DNA of 64,000 bases, taken from NCBI GenBank assembly GCA_030265395.1, contig JARFYF010000002.1, forward strand, positions 61,606,850-61,670,849. The letters run 5' to 3'. The notes beneath the pieces were generated by a model that searched no databases, was not told the origin of the DNA, and saw only the letters and a list, made by a program, of their open reading frames with translations. This document shows, piece by piece, positions 1-12,132 of the stretch; the first letter of the stretch is position 1, and each line of letters starts with the position of its first letter. The stretch is from Rhina ancylostomus (taxonomy: Eukaryota). The translations under genes were made by a program, and so were the position numbers.

Positions 1-185
1 GGGTGGAGGGAGAGGCAGATACAAGAGGGACATTTAAAAGACTCTTAAATCAGCACATGGATGTAAGAAAAATGGAGGGTTATGGGCTGTGAAGGAGGGA
101 AGGGTTAGACTGATCAAGGAGTAGGTGTTTATATAGGTTGGCACAACATTGTGGGCTGAAGGCCCTGTACTGTTCTGTGTTCTAA
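1..185 (+). mobile_element. CR1 LINE 3' end (truncated by window start)
   Basis: Typical CR1 ORF2 end/3'UTR (acatttaaaagactctta...cacatggat...ggcacaacattgtgggctgaaggccctgtactgttctgtgttcta); the same tail recurs at 17.2, 46.3 and 58.5 kb. Confidence 0.85.
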
Positions 186-1910
186 AGAAGGGCAAATGTT
201 TAAGGAAGCATAATATATGAGATTACAAGATATAAGTCATGTTGGGTTGATTTCACTTTGGGGAGGATGGGAAATATTTGACACAATCTTTCCTTCAGTG
301 ACTGAATAGAAAGGTAGATACCTTACCAAAGCAGAATGTTGAAAGCCCAGTGTTTGGTTAGATGGCCTTGTTGTTCTGTGCTTTTCATTTCAGGATAATT
401 ATGTTCTGAAAATAGAGTTCCACAAATGATGTAATGATTTCTTGTGCACCATTTATTTGCCACAATAACACTTTGCATTTTTTCACCTCTGCGATTTCCT
501 GTTTAAGTAATTTTAGTTGTAAAATATTAATTGGGTTTAAAGTGAGTTATGTCAAAAACAATCCCCATGAAAGGTGCTCAGGGAATTCTCAGAGTTTTAT
601 TCAGTGGTGCACTCTCTATGAACTGGTACTTCATACAAGTTGCAATGCAAAAGTTATTCAGCTGCCATTATTACAAAGAATTTTATTCTGAAGGTTATGA
701 CAGAGAAATTTATAAATGATATTTTCATGAATATCTGTGGTCTATCAAGTTGGGAATATTGGCTCCAATTTCTTGTTTAATTTCAGAGCTGAATATTTGA
801 TGTTAATGTGAAGATAAAAACTGAAAGAAGAAGATCTTACCTCGATGCCCATTTATTGGACATAAGCAATTGAAAAGTACATACTCCTCACTTGTCATTT
901 CAGTGTTTTAATTAGAGTGATTAATAATTTTGTCCATATTGGCTTAAGGCATATTGCGAGGGCAGAGTGGACTAAGCTATGATTACAGTGAATTATATAC
1001 AATCGAAAGAACAGCAAGGTTGAAGTAGTTAATACTTCTGTTTATACTCCACAAGAGTCTCTGTCCAATCAATCTACCTTTTCCCAGCCTTTCAGAATTC
1101 CTTACAACTTGCTCTTAATGTACATAATCAGAAATGTTATAACACGAACAGCAACTATTTAGCCTTTTGAGTGCATAGCAATGTCTGATTTTGGATTCTG
1201 CCAAAAGTGGAATACCTGTCCAACCCATTCAAAGACATGTTTTAATAAGCCTGCTGATTTCTTAACAGCAATAATCTCTGTTCTGTTAACATCCATGCAA
1301 GTAGCTTTAGCACTTTGTATTCTTTGCAAAATGGACACTAGACTTTTGTATATTAATGNNNNNNNNNNNNNNNNNNNNNNNNNNNNNNNNNNNNNNNNNN
1401 NNNNNNNNNNNNNNNNNNNNNNNNNNNNNNNNNNNNNNNNNNNNNNNNNNNNNNNNNNNNNNNNNNNNNNNNNNNNNNNNNNNNNNNNNNNNNNNNNNNN
1501 NNNNNNNNNNNNNNNNNNNNNNNNNNNNNNNNNNNNNNNNNNNNNNNNNNNNNNNNNNNNNNNNNNNNNNNNNNNNNNNNNNNNNNNNNNNNNNNNNNNN
1601 NNNNNNNNNNNNNNNNNNNNNNNNNNNNNNNNNNNNNNNNNNNNNNNNNNNNNNNNNNNNNNNNNNNNNNNNNNNNNNNNNNNNNNNNNNNNNNNNNNNN
1701 NNNNNNNNNNNNNNNNNNNNNNNNNNNNNNNNNNNNNNNNNNNNNNNNNNNNNNNNNNNNNNNNNNNNNNNNNNNNNNNNNNNNNNNNNNNNNNNNNNNN
1801 NNNNNNNNNNNNNNNNNNNNNNNNNNNNNNNNNNNNNNNNNNNNNNNNNNNNNNNNNNNNNNNNNNNNNNNNNNNNNNNNNNNNNNNNNNNNNNNNNNNN
1901 NNNNNNNNNN

Positions 1911-2825
1911 AATTAATAGGACTGAAAGCTGCTAAAATCCCTGGACTAGATGACTTGCACCCTTGGGTTTGAAGGAGGTGGCCGCACAGACAAGCAAACA
2001 GTGGTTGTCATTTTCCAGAGATACTAGGGCAGTTCCTACAGACTGTGAGGTAACAAGTGTAACCCATCTCTTTAAGAAGGGAGAAAATAGGGAACTACGT
2101 ACCAGTTGGCATGACTTCAATAGTAGGAAAGAAAACTGAAATCCATTATTAAATCCATTATTAAGGAAGTGGTAACAGTGCACTTAGAAAATAATAATGG
2201 GATTGGGCAGAGTCGGCATGAATTTATGAAAGGGTTTGTTGGAGTTTTTGAGATAAACTGGCAGAACAGATGAGGGAAACCTGTTGATGTGTATTTGGAC
2301 TTTCAGAAGACCTTCAATAAGGTGTCACATAAGAAAATGAATGTGTACTGAATTGGAAGTAATACACGGGCATGGATGGAGGATTGGTTGATGGACAGAA
2401 AGCAGAAGAAATAAATGGGTAATTTTCAAGTTGAAAGGCTACAGCTAATGGGGTTTTGCAAAAGGCTCACAATCTAGATCAGTGATTTGGCTGAGGGGAT
2501 CAAATCTATCCAAGTTTTCTAATGATGTAAAGTTGGATGGCATCATGAGTTGTGAGGTGAATACAGAGGGGTTTTGTATGTTCAGGCTAAGGGAATAGTC
2601 AAGGATGTAGTGGATGGAATATAATGTGGAAAAAATACAAGCTCATCCAGTGAAGACGAAAAATAGAGAAATGTAGTGTTTTTATTAAATGGTGAGATTG
2701 GAAGATGTTAGTGTTCTTAGGAACACAAATGTCCTTGTACATAAATCACTTGAAAGTTAACGTGCGGGTATAGCAAGCAATTAGAAAAACAAACCATGTG
2801 TTGGCCTTAATTGCAAGAGAATTGC
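1911..2825 (+). mobile_element. Degenerate CR1 LINE ORF2 (reverse transcriptase) fragment
   Basis: Translates piecewise to KIPGLDDLHPWV.KEVA, VTSVTHLFKKG, NYVPVGMTS, VDVYLDFQKTFNKVSH, matching CR1 motifs KSPGPDGLHPRVLKE / ANVTPLFKKG / NYRPVSLTS / VDVVYLDFQKAFDKVPH; many stops and frameshifts. Confidence 0.9.
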
Positions 2826-3912
2826 CCAGTCTTTGACTTAATCTGGGTGAAATGCTGTTGATTTAATACCTAGACATGTCATGATCAGCAACAAAGAGTT
2901 TCAGCCAATAAATGTAAGATGATAGGAGGAATGCCATCCAATCCTCTCAGTTCCACTTATGATTTATTTTGCTAACTGCAGATGAATTAAAAGGAGTGAG
3001 AGTTCATTTCATTTGTACTTATCTATTTAGCTTTTATGTAAAGAAGAATCCTAACAATATTTGTATTGTTCTATTTATGTTCTCTGTAATTAACATTATT
3101 CTCTATGTCTTGAATAATAGACACAGTTGGGGAAAATTGTCCTCCTGATTCTTGATGCCAAACGTAGAGGAAAATGCACAAAAAAGTAATATTCAATGTC
3201 CATGAGTTTTGGTGATATTTATTCTGGAACTACTGCTTTCCTGCTAATACTTACTCTTTGTTGCATTACATTCAGAGCTGGAAACTTGTGATATGGAATG
3301 TATTATCATTCAGTTATCATAAAAGAACATTATCTAGTATGTGATGTAAATAGCCTCAGCGATTTGTTCTTGGACCAGCCATTTGCCTTGAATATCAAAT
3401 TAGGCTGACTGCTGGCAGTAAAGAAGAATAAAGACACTGGTATTCCACTAAATGTATAGTTGAATATGAGAAAGCAAGGAATAACATAATGTACCGATAG
3501 TATTGGATGAAGAGGGATAAGAGGATACTTGGAGGTACTATAAATATCAGCTTGATTTGTTACTTAAATGAAGTTCCGTGCTATCAGAAGTAGTTAAGCA
3601 CAGAAAAAATCATTACATGCTGTCGAAGGCATTATTTCTGTGGAATCTGTAAACTTCTATATACCATACTTGGATCTTTTTTTTTTGCTCAAGGACCTTG
3701 CACAATTCAGTACATTTACTTCTGACATTTATGATTACTTACTGAATGATTTCCATTACAGTCTCTCACTCCCAGGAGGAGGATATCTTTTTATATAACT
3801 TCTGTTCATGATTATTTGCGCTTATCTCATAATTGGTGAACAAAAGTGCCCTGAAAGAAGGAAATGTCTGAAACATTTGTTATTACGTCAGGATGCATTA
3901 CCTGAATTGGAG

Positions 3913-4140
3913 GAAAAACCTGCAGGTGCTGCAAATCCAATATAACAATTGAGAATGAAGGAAATACTCAGCAGGTCAAGCAGCATTTGTGGGGAGAGAA
4001 ACAAGAGTTGACGTTTCAGGTTGAGGACCTTTCATCAGAACTTGAAAGTGAGGAAACAAACGTGTCTTAAGTTGCAGAGAGCAAGAAGATTTGAGAGAAT
4101 GGAGGATGCAGACCAAACTTGCCAAGGTAACAATTAATTC
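3913..4140 (-). mobile_element. Penelope-like element terminal (pseudo-LTR) fragment
   Basis: Shares the block ggaaatactcagcaggtcaagcagcat(c/t)tgtgg with copies at 4.6, 12.2, 20.3, 24.4, 37.5 and 62.1 kb; the 24.4 kb copy adjoins a Penelope ORF remnant. Confidence 0.75.
4006..4043 (-). ncRNA. Minimal type I hammerhead ribozyme motif within Penelope-like repeat
   Basis: Minus strand reads AGTT-CTGATGA-A-AGGT(CCTCA)ACCT-GAAA-C-GTC-AACT: core boxes CUGAUGA and GAAA, stem I AGTT/AACT, stem II AGGT/ACCT, GUC triplet, palindromic ACGU at stem III. Activity untested. Confidence 0.7.
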
Positions 4141-4145
4141 AAAAA

Positions 4146-4224
4146 CCAGCACCTGAGGTTAGGATTGAACCCGGGTCACTAGCTGTGAGGCGGTAGCTCT
4201 ACTAGCTGCCTCACTATGCCACCC
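4146..4224 (-). mobile_element. tRNA-derived SINE head (HE1/V-SINE-like) fragment
   Basis: Reverse complement gggtggcatagtgaggcagctagtagagct...gacccgggttcaatcct has A- and B-box-like motifs; same head as the SINEs at 13.2, 32.2 and 46.7 kb. Confidence 0.75.
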
Positions 4225-4620
4225 AAATTGTTGACATCTGTAACTTTTTTTCTTGCTTCTCACTTTCCTTCAGTGAAATGTGGTAGGTGGATGAAGACGT
4301 AATTATGGAGGGCTTTTAAAATGGTCATTCTCTGTCATTGGAGGTTCTTGGTTTCAAGTGGTAAACAATGCATTACTCTGCACTGAACTGAAGCAAGTCA
4401 GGGATTTAATAAAGGATTGCCAAACTTTCTGAAGTGATGATGCCGTTTTCTACATGTTGTTACATTCATGGCCTTGGTCAATCTGTGCCTCTGCTGCTTA
4501 TGATGCCTTTGTTCTCATTTTAACCTTCTGCAGAAACTTTTTTTTATTGAACAAAAGTCCCTAAATGCAGGAGTCTAGGGCTAGACGATACTCTTAGCAG
4601 GAAAAGAAAATTTCTTAAAG

Positions 4621-4785
4621 AGAAACAGAACAATTTGGAATCATGTAGCAGGTCAGGCAGCATCTGTGGAGATGGAATCACTGTTAATGTTTCAGGTTGA
4701 TGGCCTTTCATCAGTTCATTGACACTGCCTAAACTGCTGACATTTTCCCACATTTTTGTTTTTACTTTAGATTTTCAACTGTAAC
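4621..4785. mobile_element. Fold-back Penelope-derived mini-element with central hammerhead-like motif
   Basis: Arm 4621-4664 is roughly the reverse complement of arm 4721-4763; 4681-4717 (-) reads CTGATGA-A-AGG(CCATCAA)CCT-GAAAC-ATT. Confidence 0.7.
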
Positions 4786-5183
4786 ACATTACTTTTGGTG
4801 AAAATATCTGAGTTGGTAGAGTAAAAAAAAGAAATCTGGCATCAAAAAGCAATCCTTTATCCAAAGTTTCAGTAGTGTACTCAGGCAACCAGGATCACAT
4901 GCAAGCTTTAAGGCAATTCCATTATTTCCTGCATGTCTACTGAAATCATACATCCAGACAGAAGATCCTCTTTGACCCACTTCAGCATCCTTGCTGCAAA
5001 GAAGTCTCAGATGTAATGGACTTCATTTTTGTGCTGCCTCTCCTTGAAAAGACCCATCTTATCTGACTTGCAATCAACCTCATTAATAGGATTGCCTTTG
5101 TTCCAGTTTCTCGAATTTATACTGAAATTTCATTCCGTTGAACATGATGATTCTCTTTTAGTGTTTCACTTTGTTCTGTATTG

Positions 5184-5212
5184 GTACCTTTTCCCAGCAG
5201 CAGAGGGCAGCA
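5184..5212 (+). promoter_or_regulatory. Candidate CTCF binding site
   Basis: GCAGCAGAGGGCAGCA (5197-5212) differs from core CCASYAGRKGGCRS only at the first base; GTACC lies 8 nt upstream, where the extended upstream module usually falls. Motif match only. Confidence 0.4.
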
Positions 5213-6124
5213 AACAGTTGGTGGAATCACCTTGAGCGGAAGATTGATGGCAAACAGCTTCCCACACTGACTGGAAGATAGTATTGTTCTGTCAAAATGT
5301 CCTTTTTTTTTGTCTTTCATGGGGCTTTATCTTAAACAATTCATTATTTAAAACATGATGGCAGTCTTAAACAGAACAGATTTCCATCTGCCTAATTTTG
5401 GAGGGTAAATTGGCTTTTGCTGATTCTCTGAAGCTTGGAGATGAGGATGAATCACTAGACGGTTTCCCTCATTCAAATTCTATAAGTTCTCAGCAGCTAG
5501 GTAATCCCCTGAAAATAAAATGGCATATGTTCCTTATTAATCCCTCTTTCAGGCATTTCCATACCTCCCAGGAGGAGAAGAACCGCCTGAAAACTCACTT
5601 ATATACCTACTGTGCAGTCACCTTCATCTCATGTCAGTTCATGGAGTTTTAATTTCAGTACTTACCATATATGTCAGGAACTCCTTTTATTACAGCTGGG
5701 CATAAAGACCATGTGGGGACAGCACTTGGGGAAGGACGAGCATGAAGGATTATATGCGAGTACCAGAGCCCATCAGTTAGTTTAAACATACCAAATAATG
5801 TTACTGAATGTTGCTTCTACCTTGGCATGCTTTAAGTCATGAAGATGACTTGAAGATTTCACCTGGCTTGGCTTTCACAGGTTACTGCACAAAGGAGAGC
5901 TTTGGCTCTGAGGTGAAAAGCAATGGAGGGCATTAATGTTATGTAGAGCAATACCCAAAAGGGAACATTTCCTTATGATTTAGGAGTTGCTGAAGCCATT
6001 ACAAGAATCATATAGTGCCTTCAGCTATGGCTGAGTTTAGTCATTATCCACACAATAGAATCAGGCCATGTTAGATACAGTTCCCACCAGAGTTCTGCTT
6101 GGCTCACATTTCACTCTGGTCTGT

Positions 6125-7465
6125 AAACTCCATTCCAGCATTATAGGTTGCAGCGATGAGTTATCCTATGTCAAAACTGGATTACACTATTGAGTAATGC
6201 ACAATGAACAGAAAGCACTGTATATGAGGGGGAAACAACTAAATGGGAACATAGCATTTTTTTAATTGCAAGTTGTTGATGACGATTTCCCTTACATCTG
6301 TTGCTTTTGAGGTAGGTATATGATTCTACTTTGTCAGAAGTGAATCAGAAATGGGAGTGAGTGAGGAGATCAGGCACTTCCAGAGCAGACAGCATGAACT
6401 GTAGGTGAGTCAAGTGACTCAGAGTAGTGATTCTGAAGGGTACTACATGTGTACATACAGAATGGCATAAATGCTCAGCACATGGGAATTGTCCACATGA
6501 AAGCAGTAGCCAAAGACTAGGTGTAGTGGCCTAGGAGTAGTGTCCTAGGGCTGATCAGGACATTGAAGATCTGGTGAAGTCCTACTTGGAATACCAGGAC
6601 TTCAGGCAAAAGCTATCCACAGCTCCGATGTAAACGTAGATGAACAGCTAGTCCCATGCAGTGGGTGGATGTTGGCAATAGAGTATTTCCTCCTGCTGAC
6701 TGACAGCCACTTGAAGTGATTTGAAGTGTTGCTGTTGGGTCATGTACTTCCGAATGAGAGAGGCTCTGAGATCAGTTTTTGCAACACAGTTTGCAATTCA
6801 TATTAGCATAGTTCACCACATCCCTAAAAGACATTTGGGCATAGCTTAACATCCATTGGAGAGGCTAAACAATATGTCCATAGGGTGAAGGAGATTTAGA
6901 AACTGCAGTTTCTAGACAAGGGGTCTAAGCGGACCATGAGACATCAACTGGCAATGTTTCTGCTTATGTACAGGAACACCACCACTTCTTTATAGGATAT
7001 TCCCTAGTTAAGTTGCTGCTGGGTTGATTCTTGTGTACACGGCTGAACTTAGCACAGTCAACTTGGAAGGACAAGTGGTAGAACCAGAAGGGGTGTCACA
7101 AAGCGAAAGGTCAGGCAAGAAATATTCAGATAAGAGATACTGAAAATATGCCAGCCACCAAGCCATGGAGGATGGTCAAAGTGGAGCTTTGGAGAGATTG
7201 TAGGAGTCAGCAACTATATGGTAAAGGTGGATGGCAGATGTTGAATAGTCCACATTAGTACATGCACATGATACCTAGGATGGTCATTGAGAACATGACA
7301 CAGGGCAAACATCAATTTGAGTTAAGGAATGGTTACTATAGCTCAACCATTGCTCGGCAGTGCATAGGTTGTCAAGAGGCACAGGAAAGCTAGGCAACTT
7401 AGAGGAAGAGGTGGTCTGCCATATTTGAAGGTATCTAGAGTAGATACTTAAGGACGGAAAATGTA
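6125..7465 (+). mobile_element. Decayed Ty3/Gypsy LTR-retrotransposon pol (RNase H end + integrase)
   Basis: Piecewise translation RLQR*VIL...DYTIE (RNase H end), HMGIVHMKAVAKD (6479), DQDIEDLVKSYLEYQ (6553; H2C2 region), LAMFLLMYRNTP (6948), then a KW..G...Y.VKV C-terminal module and a purine-rich aaggacggaaaa-TGT junction near 7450-7464. Confidence 0.8.
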
Positions 7466-8124
7466 CCTTTGCAGTTGAATATTTCACATAAGTCACCAAT
7501 ATCAATTTAGTTTGTAATTATCCATGCACATACAAATACATATTGTAACCGGATTTGTCTTCCTTTCCTTCTACAACATTCATGCTTTCAATTTTTAGAA
7601 TTGTCATCTAATCATTAATTCCTGATCCATTTTGTGTTCTCTTTCATTATTTCTAAATTTAAATGTTTCTCAATGTGTCTTGCACCACACTATCACACTT
7701 CATTTAGGTTTGCAAATGGAAAGTTTTACTGTCACAAACTTCAAAAAATATCAAACAAACTTGACAAAGTTCTAGAACAGTTAATGCACTTTTTTCCTTG
7801 GGAGTTCCTCATTATACCACATACTGAGTCTGAGCAGCATCTACTTCATTATCCCTCTGTGTTATATGTTAGGGTTTGTCAGACATATGACATCCTTCTT
7901 TTAATACAAACAAGAACCAGTTTTCAATCGAGGGAAAGGATAGCTGCATGAATAAACACCACTGACTGCAAGAGAGGGCTATCTCTCAATGTGGTTAAAG
8001 AAGGCTGTTCTGGGTATTTGGATTCCCAACAAAAGTGTCTGAATATGCAGAAGTGGTCTTGTTGGTTGATGTGTGCTCCATTATAAGTACGTAATTCTAT
8101 GGAATCACTTGCTCCCATCCAAAA

Positions 8125-8297
8125 TGTAATTGCAGCAATTGAAACTGCATTTAATCACCTCTTGTTATCCTTGTGCTGAGAGTATAAAACCTCCATGTAC
8201 TTTGACTTCAGAGCGTCTTCCACTATGTCTCCTCTAGGTGTCTGCTTGTGCTGAATAAAGACCTTTTACATCTATGGCTCACTCAAAGTCACAATAT
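8125..8297 (+). mobile_element. Candidate LTR remnant
   Basis: Starts TGTA, TATAAAA at 8183, AATAAA at 8254, LTR-like spacing, 0.7 kb downstream of the Gypsy integrase remnant; no matching second LTR recognised. Confidence 0.4.
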
Positions 8298-11049
8298 TAT
8301 ATAAGTTAGCTGATTTTGTTTTAGAGTGTGAAATTGAAGTTGTTTAAGCTCCCCATTTATCTTACAAACATTTCATTTGGAGAATGTTTCATAATGGAAA
8401 GAAAATAGTGTGCTTTGCTGCAGTGGCTTAGAATAGCACCTCAAAAGTTGACTTCATTCCGTTCTTCTGAAGGCAAATTGCTACCATAGTAACCGGTTAG
8501 TTCTGTGAGTGATTGCTGACCAGAGCAGTTTTACTGATGATGTAAGGCATTCCATGCTGCCCAGTGGTTTGATTTGTGCATATTTTCAGTATTAGCAAAC
8601 TCTTAAAAGNNNNNNTCAAAGTAATATTTATACTTCAGAGCAGTGACATAAACATCAGTGTCAACCTATGTTGCTAAGTAAGTTATTTTATTGCATTTTT
8701 TTTCCTGTATTTTGTTTGTCTTTGTAAAATCAGCATGCAAAGTTCTAATGGACTATTAGCGCTATATATTAAGTCTTGCTCTGAATTGTTATATTTCCTT
8801 CAAATTTACTTAAAATCATTATACTTGGTACAAAATTAATGCAATAAAAATAAACAGTAAAGCTTTTGAGATTGATTACCCATTTGTAAATAAAATGGTT
8901 CTCTACATACAAGCAATTAAAAAGATACTTGATTTTCATCAATTGGAGCATATCTTTATAATTGCCTTGCAGGCATAATTTCCCCTGCAGTATTTGGCGT
9001 TTGTTGGAATAAAATGATAAATGGAAAAAAAAAGAAAATACTGGTGAAAATCATACAACTTATTTTAATTAGATTGAAATTTTAACTAACTGAATTGTTT
9101 AATTGCTTTCAGATGGATTTTTATTTGGGTGCATTAAAAGGTGCACTAATTTGTATCATGGCATTCTTAATGAGTGATGCACAAGAACAGTACAAGGAAC
9201 ATGGATTTACACCTTATCTTCATTTTCATCTCATTGCAGGGCCAATGCAACAGTGATATTTGTCTTTTACCTGTTTAAACATTTCTATTCATTTAGCTGA
9301 TATAAATGTTAGCCTCTTGTTTGTTGAATGAATACCCAATTATTTAAAACTGGTGATGTAGTCATCAGTCAGTAGATGGTTCTTAATAACCTGGTGCTGT
9401 ATTTTGTAGGTTCTGTTTTGAAACAGGAGTGTTTCGAACATATATACTCCATTTATGTGAAATACAATGCTGATTTTGTGCTTTGTTTTTAGAAAAATGA
9501 GGCTCTGTACATTTAGTTTTAATGCTGGTTAAATCCTTAATGCTAACAAAGAGCTGTGGTGACTATTGGCTCTTTGCTGACATTAAAAAGATTAAATATG
9601 ATTTTTTAAATGCTACAGTGGACCAATTGTTTTGTTATGCAGGTGGATTTGTGGCTCATGCAGTCTTAGCACAATCTTGCAATCATTACCTTGAAGGAAA
9701 TAAAACATCAATCAACTGTCCTAGTTTATCAGTGTTTTGAACAATGTTGCTGCAAAGGATAGCCTCCAGGCTCAGCTTTGCAACACAGCAAATATCCACT
9801 GATTTTCCACTTGTGCAGAAAAGTGTACTCAGATACAAATCGAACCCTAAGTGCATTTGAGGTTCAAGATGCTATAAAAATTAAGATCTTGCAGCATACA
9901 GAACGACTCAAAGTTTAAAACTATACAAAATGTGAAGTGTAAACGATGGTTAAATTTTTCATGCTACGTAGAGCCCAAATCAAAACTTGCCTCATCTGGT
10001 CAGGAATTAGTATTTAGAGCTACCTTTTCATAAATGTTATTAATACCCCATTGCGTATGGCAAACAAACATTTTGGCAAAAGTGCTTGGAGTTTCTGACT
10101 TAGTTCACCCAACACTTTTACCAGATAACTGCTTGGAGGAAAGCATGTTATCATCATTGAGTAAGTATTAATTAATTTGCTCTCAGTTCCCAGACTCTTG
10201 ATTTATCTTACACAAACAATTCCGGTAGCAGTGATCTCCAGAAATAATTGGCCTTGAGAGATCTATTAAAATATTTTATCCTTTTTCACCAAATAAAAAA
10301 AATAGTGGGAGTGGTATTCAGAAATTTATTCAAGTAATAAACTCTAATGTCATTTCTATTTCCAAAGCCCAAAACTGGTGTTTTCTTTTAAAAAAAGCAC
10401 AAAATGATTTTGAAAATAATTGGAGAAGAAATTTTGCTCAGAGGTTTTGGCATTTGGAGACTCTTAATGACGACAAATGCCCCAAATTTTGTGTTGTCTG
10501 CACGTGAGAATGGAGGAATGCTGGCAGTGAAATGTCACATTCCATTGTGGCTGAATTGCCTAGCCTGAGGATTCCATGATATTGGATCTGAAGTCTCATC
10601 TAGTGGAGCTGACGAAGCAAGAAGAGCTTGCCAGTGAAGGGGAGGTCAGAAGTTGAGGATGGGTTTGGGGATTGGTGATGGTGGGGAGTCTTGGATTGCT
10701 CAGGACCCCATATGTTGGGAGCAGCAGTGAAGGAGAGAGTAATAGTAATTGATTCCATTAACATGGAGATGGTGGGGACCACTCCCCATTCAAGTATCTT
10801 CTTGTTTGGGACTAACAGGCTTGTTTGTCTACAAGATAGTAAATGCCATTTTCTGGCATAGGTAACAGGACATCTTTTGTCTTTATCCATCAAGGTATGT
10901 ACTGTACTCTAGACCAGAAATGAATCAGTAGCAGCACAGTAATATTGCATGAATTTATAGGCCCTGCATATAATTTGGTCTATATTCACTTACTTAATAA
11001 TTCTGACAGAGAAGGGGGTGTGCTGGGTTTCAACAGAGCAATTCCAGTC

Positions 11050-11305
11050 AAAATTCCACTCATTTCCCTGTAATTCTGCAACTTACTCTCTCTTACAAAC
11101 TATCAACTCCCCTTTGATTCTTTTGCCACTTAAGAAATAATTTACAATAGTGGGTTAACATGTCTTCAGGATGTGAGGGGAAACCTGAGCATTTGGGGGA
11201 AAACCTTTAGGATACTGGGGAAATGTGCAAATTCCACACAGACAGCATTCAAGGTCAGGAATGAATCCCAGTTCCTGGACAACAGCGCTAACTGCTACAC
11301 CAATT
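11050..11305 (-). mobile_element. HE1/V-SINE-like SINE, degenerate
   Basis: Contains the reverse V-domain block ggatgtgaggggaaacctgagcat...tgcaaattccacacagacagca...ggtcagg...ctaactgctacacc. Confidence 0.8.
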
Positions 11306-11375
11306 TATGTCCAACATTTTTGTTATTTTCTCTTGCATCATGAAACATTTCACAACATAATAAATGAGCAGACCA

Positions 11376-11745
11376 CATATGAAATAAGAATGTAAAAAAA
11401 AGCCAAAATTGGCAAGTTGACCCCTCAAATCTGCTCCACCATTCATCAAGCTCATGGCTGTCCATCTTGTTCTTTCCTGCACTTACCCCATATTCCTTGA
11501 TCTCCTTAATATCTAAATATCTAACTATCATTGAACTGAACCTGCTCAGTGATTCAGTGCGTCTGCATTTCAGTATTCCAAAGATTCACCAGCCTCTGGG
11601 TGAAGAAATTTATTCTCATCCCATTACTTTGAGACTGATCCTGCTTCACCCAGGGGAAACATAAAATCTGCATCTACCACCATTCTTCCAAACTCCAGAG
11701 AATGCAGGCCCATGGCTGTCTCAATCTGGCTTTATAACAAATGAC
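11376..11745 (-). mobile_element. CR1 LINE 3' fragment
   Basis: Reverse CR1 3' end (tctgctccaccattcat...catggctg...attccaaagattcaccagcctctgggtgaagaaatt, i.e. NFFTQRLVNLWN). Confidence 0.8.
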
Positions 11746-12132
11746 TGGCAAGTGCATAAGACTTCCAGTTCTTGCTCCAATTATTCCTTGTTCCAATTGT
11801 TTTCCTTGTTTTGTTTTGAAGTATCTGCCCTTGGAGCTACCAAGATTGTAAAGTTGCCATGTAGGCAATTGCACTGAAAATTTTTGACCTGTCCTTTTGT
11901 GATAGAATTTTTGTGTCAGACCCTACAGGACTATTTTTATTCTGAAGGAATTGTTTGTTCCTTTACATTTGTCTGTACTTTTTAAAACAAAAACCTGTTT
12001 CAATGTGTTAAATAATATTTGGTTTACGTGCAAGGACCAAACACTGAGCTTGGAATCCTCCAAATAATTATTTTGCATGCAACTTTTCATTAGTTAACAA
12101 CTGTGTGACAAAGACTAAATAAATAGAAAATC

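Noticed and set aside
1181-1972. Long ORFs 1181-1972, 25077-26351, 25088-25909, 47503-47793 and similar
   Set aside because: Their length comes from reading through N gaps; the only real coding part is CR1 ORF2.
8639-8677. 39-nt AG...GTAAGT exon-like segment, and a nearby RFX X-box-like GCTACCATAGTAAC (8480-8493)
   Set aside because: Stops in all three frames, weak polypyrimidine tract and no supporting motifs; the X-box is a lone one-mismatch hit.
9111-9260. Acceptor-like ttgctttcAG followed by short ORF MDFYLGALKG...
   Set aside because: No convincing donor, early stop, no recognisable protein.
10700-10880. Possible CR1 ORF1 esterase remnant (RVIVIDSI resembling VVVGDS)
   Set aside because: Similarity too short and degenerate to support by eye.
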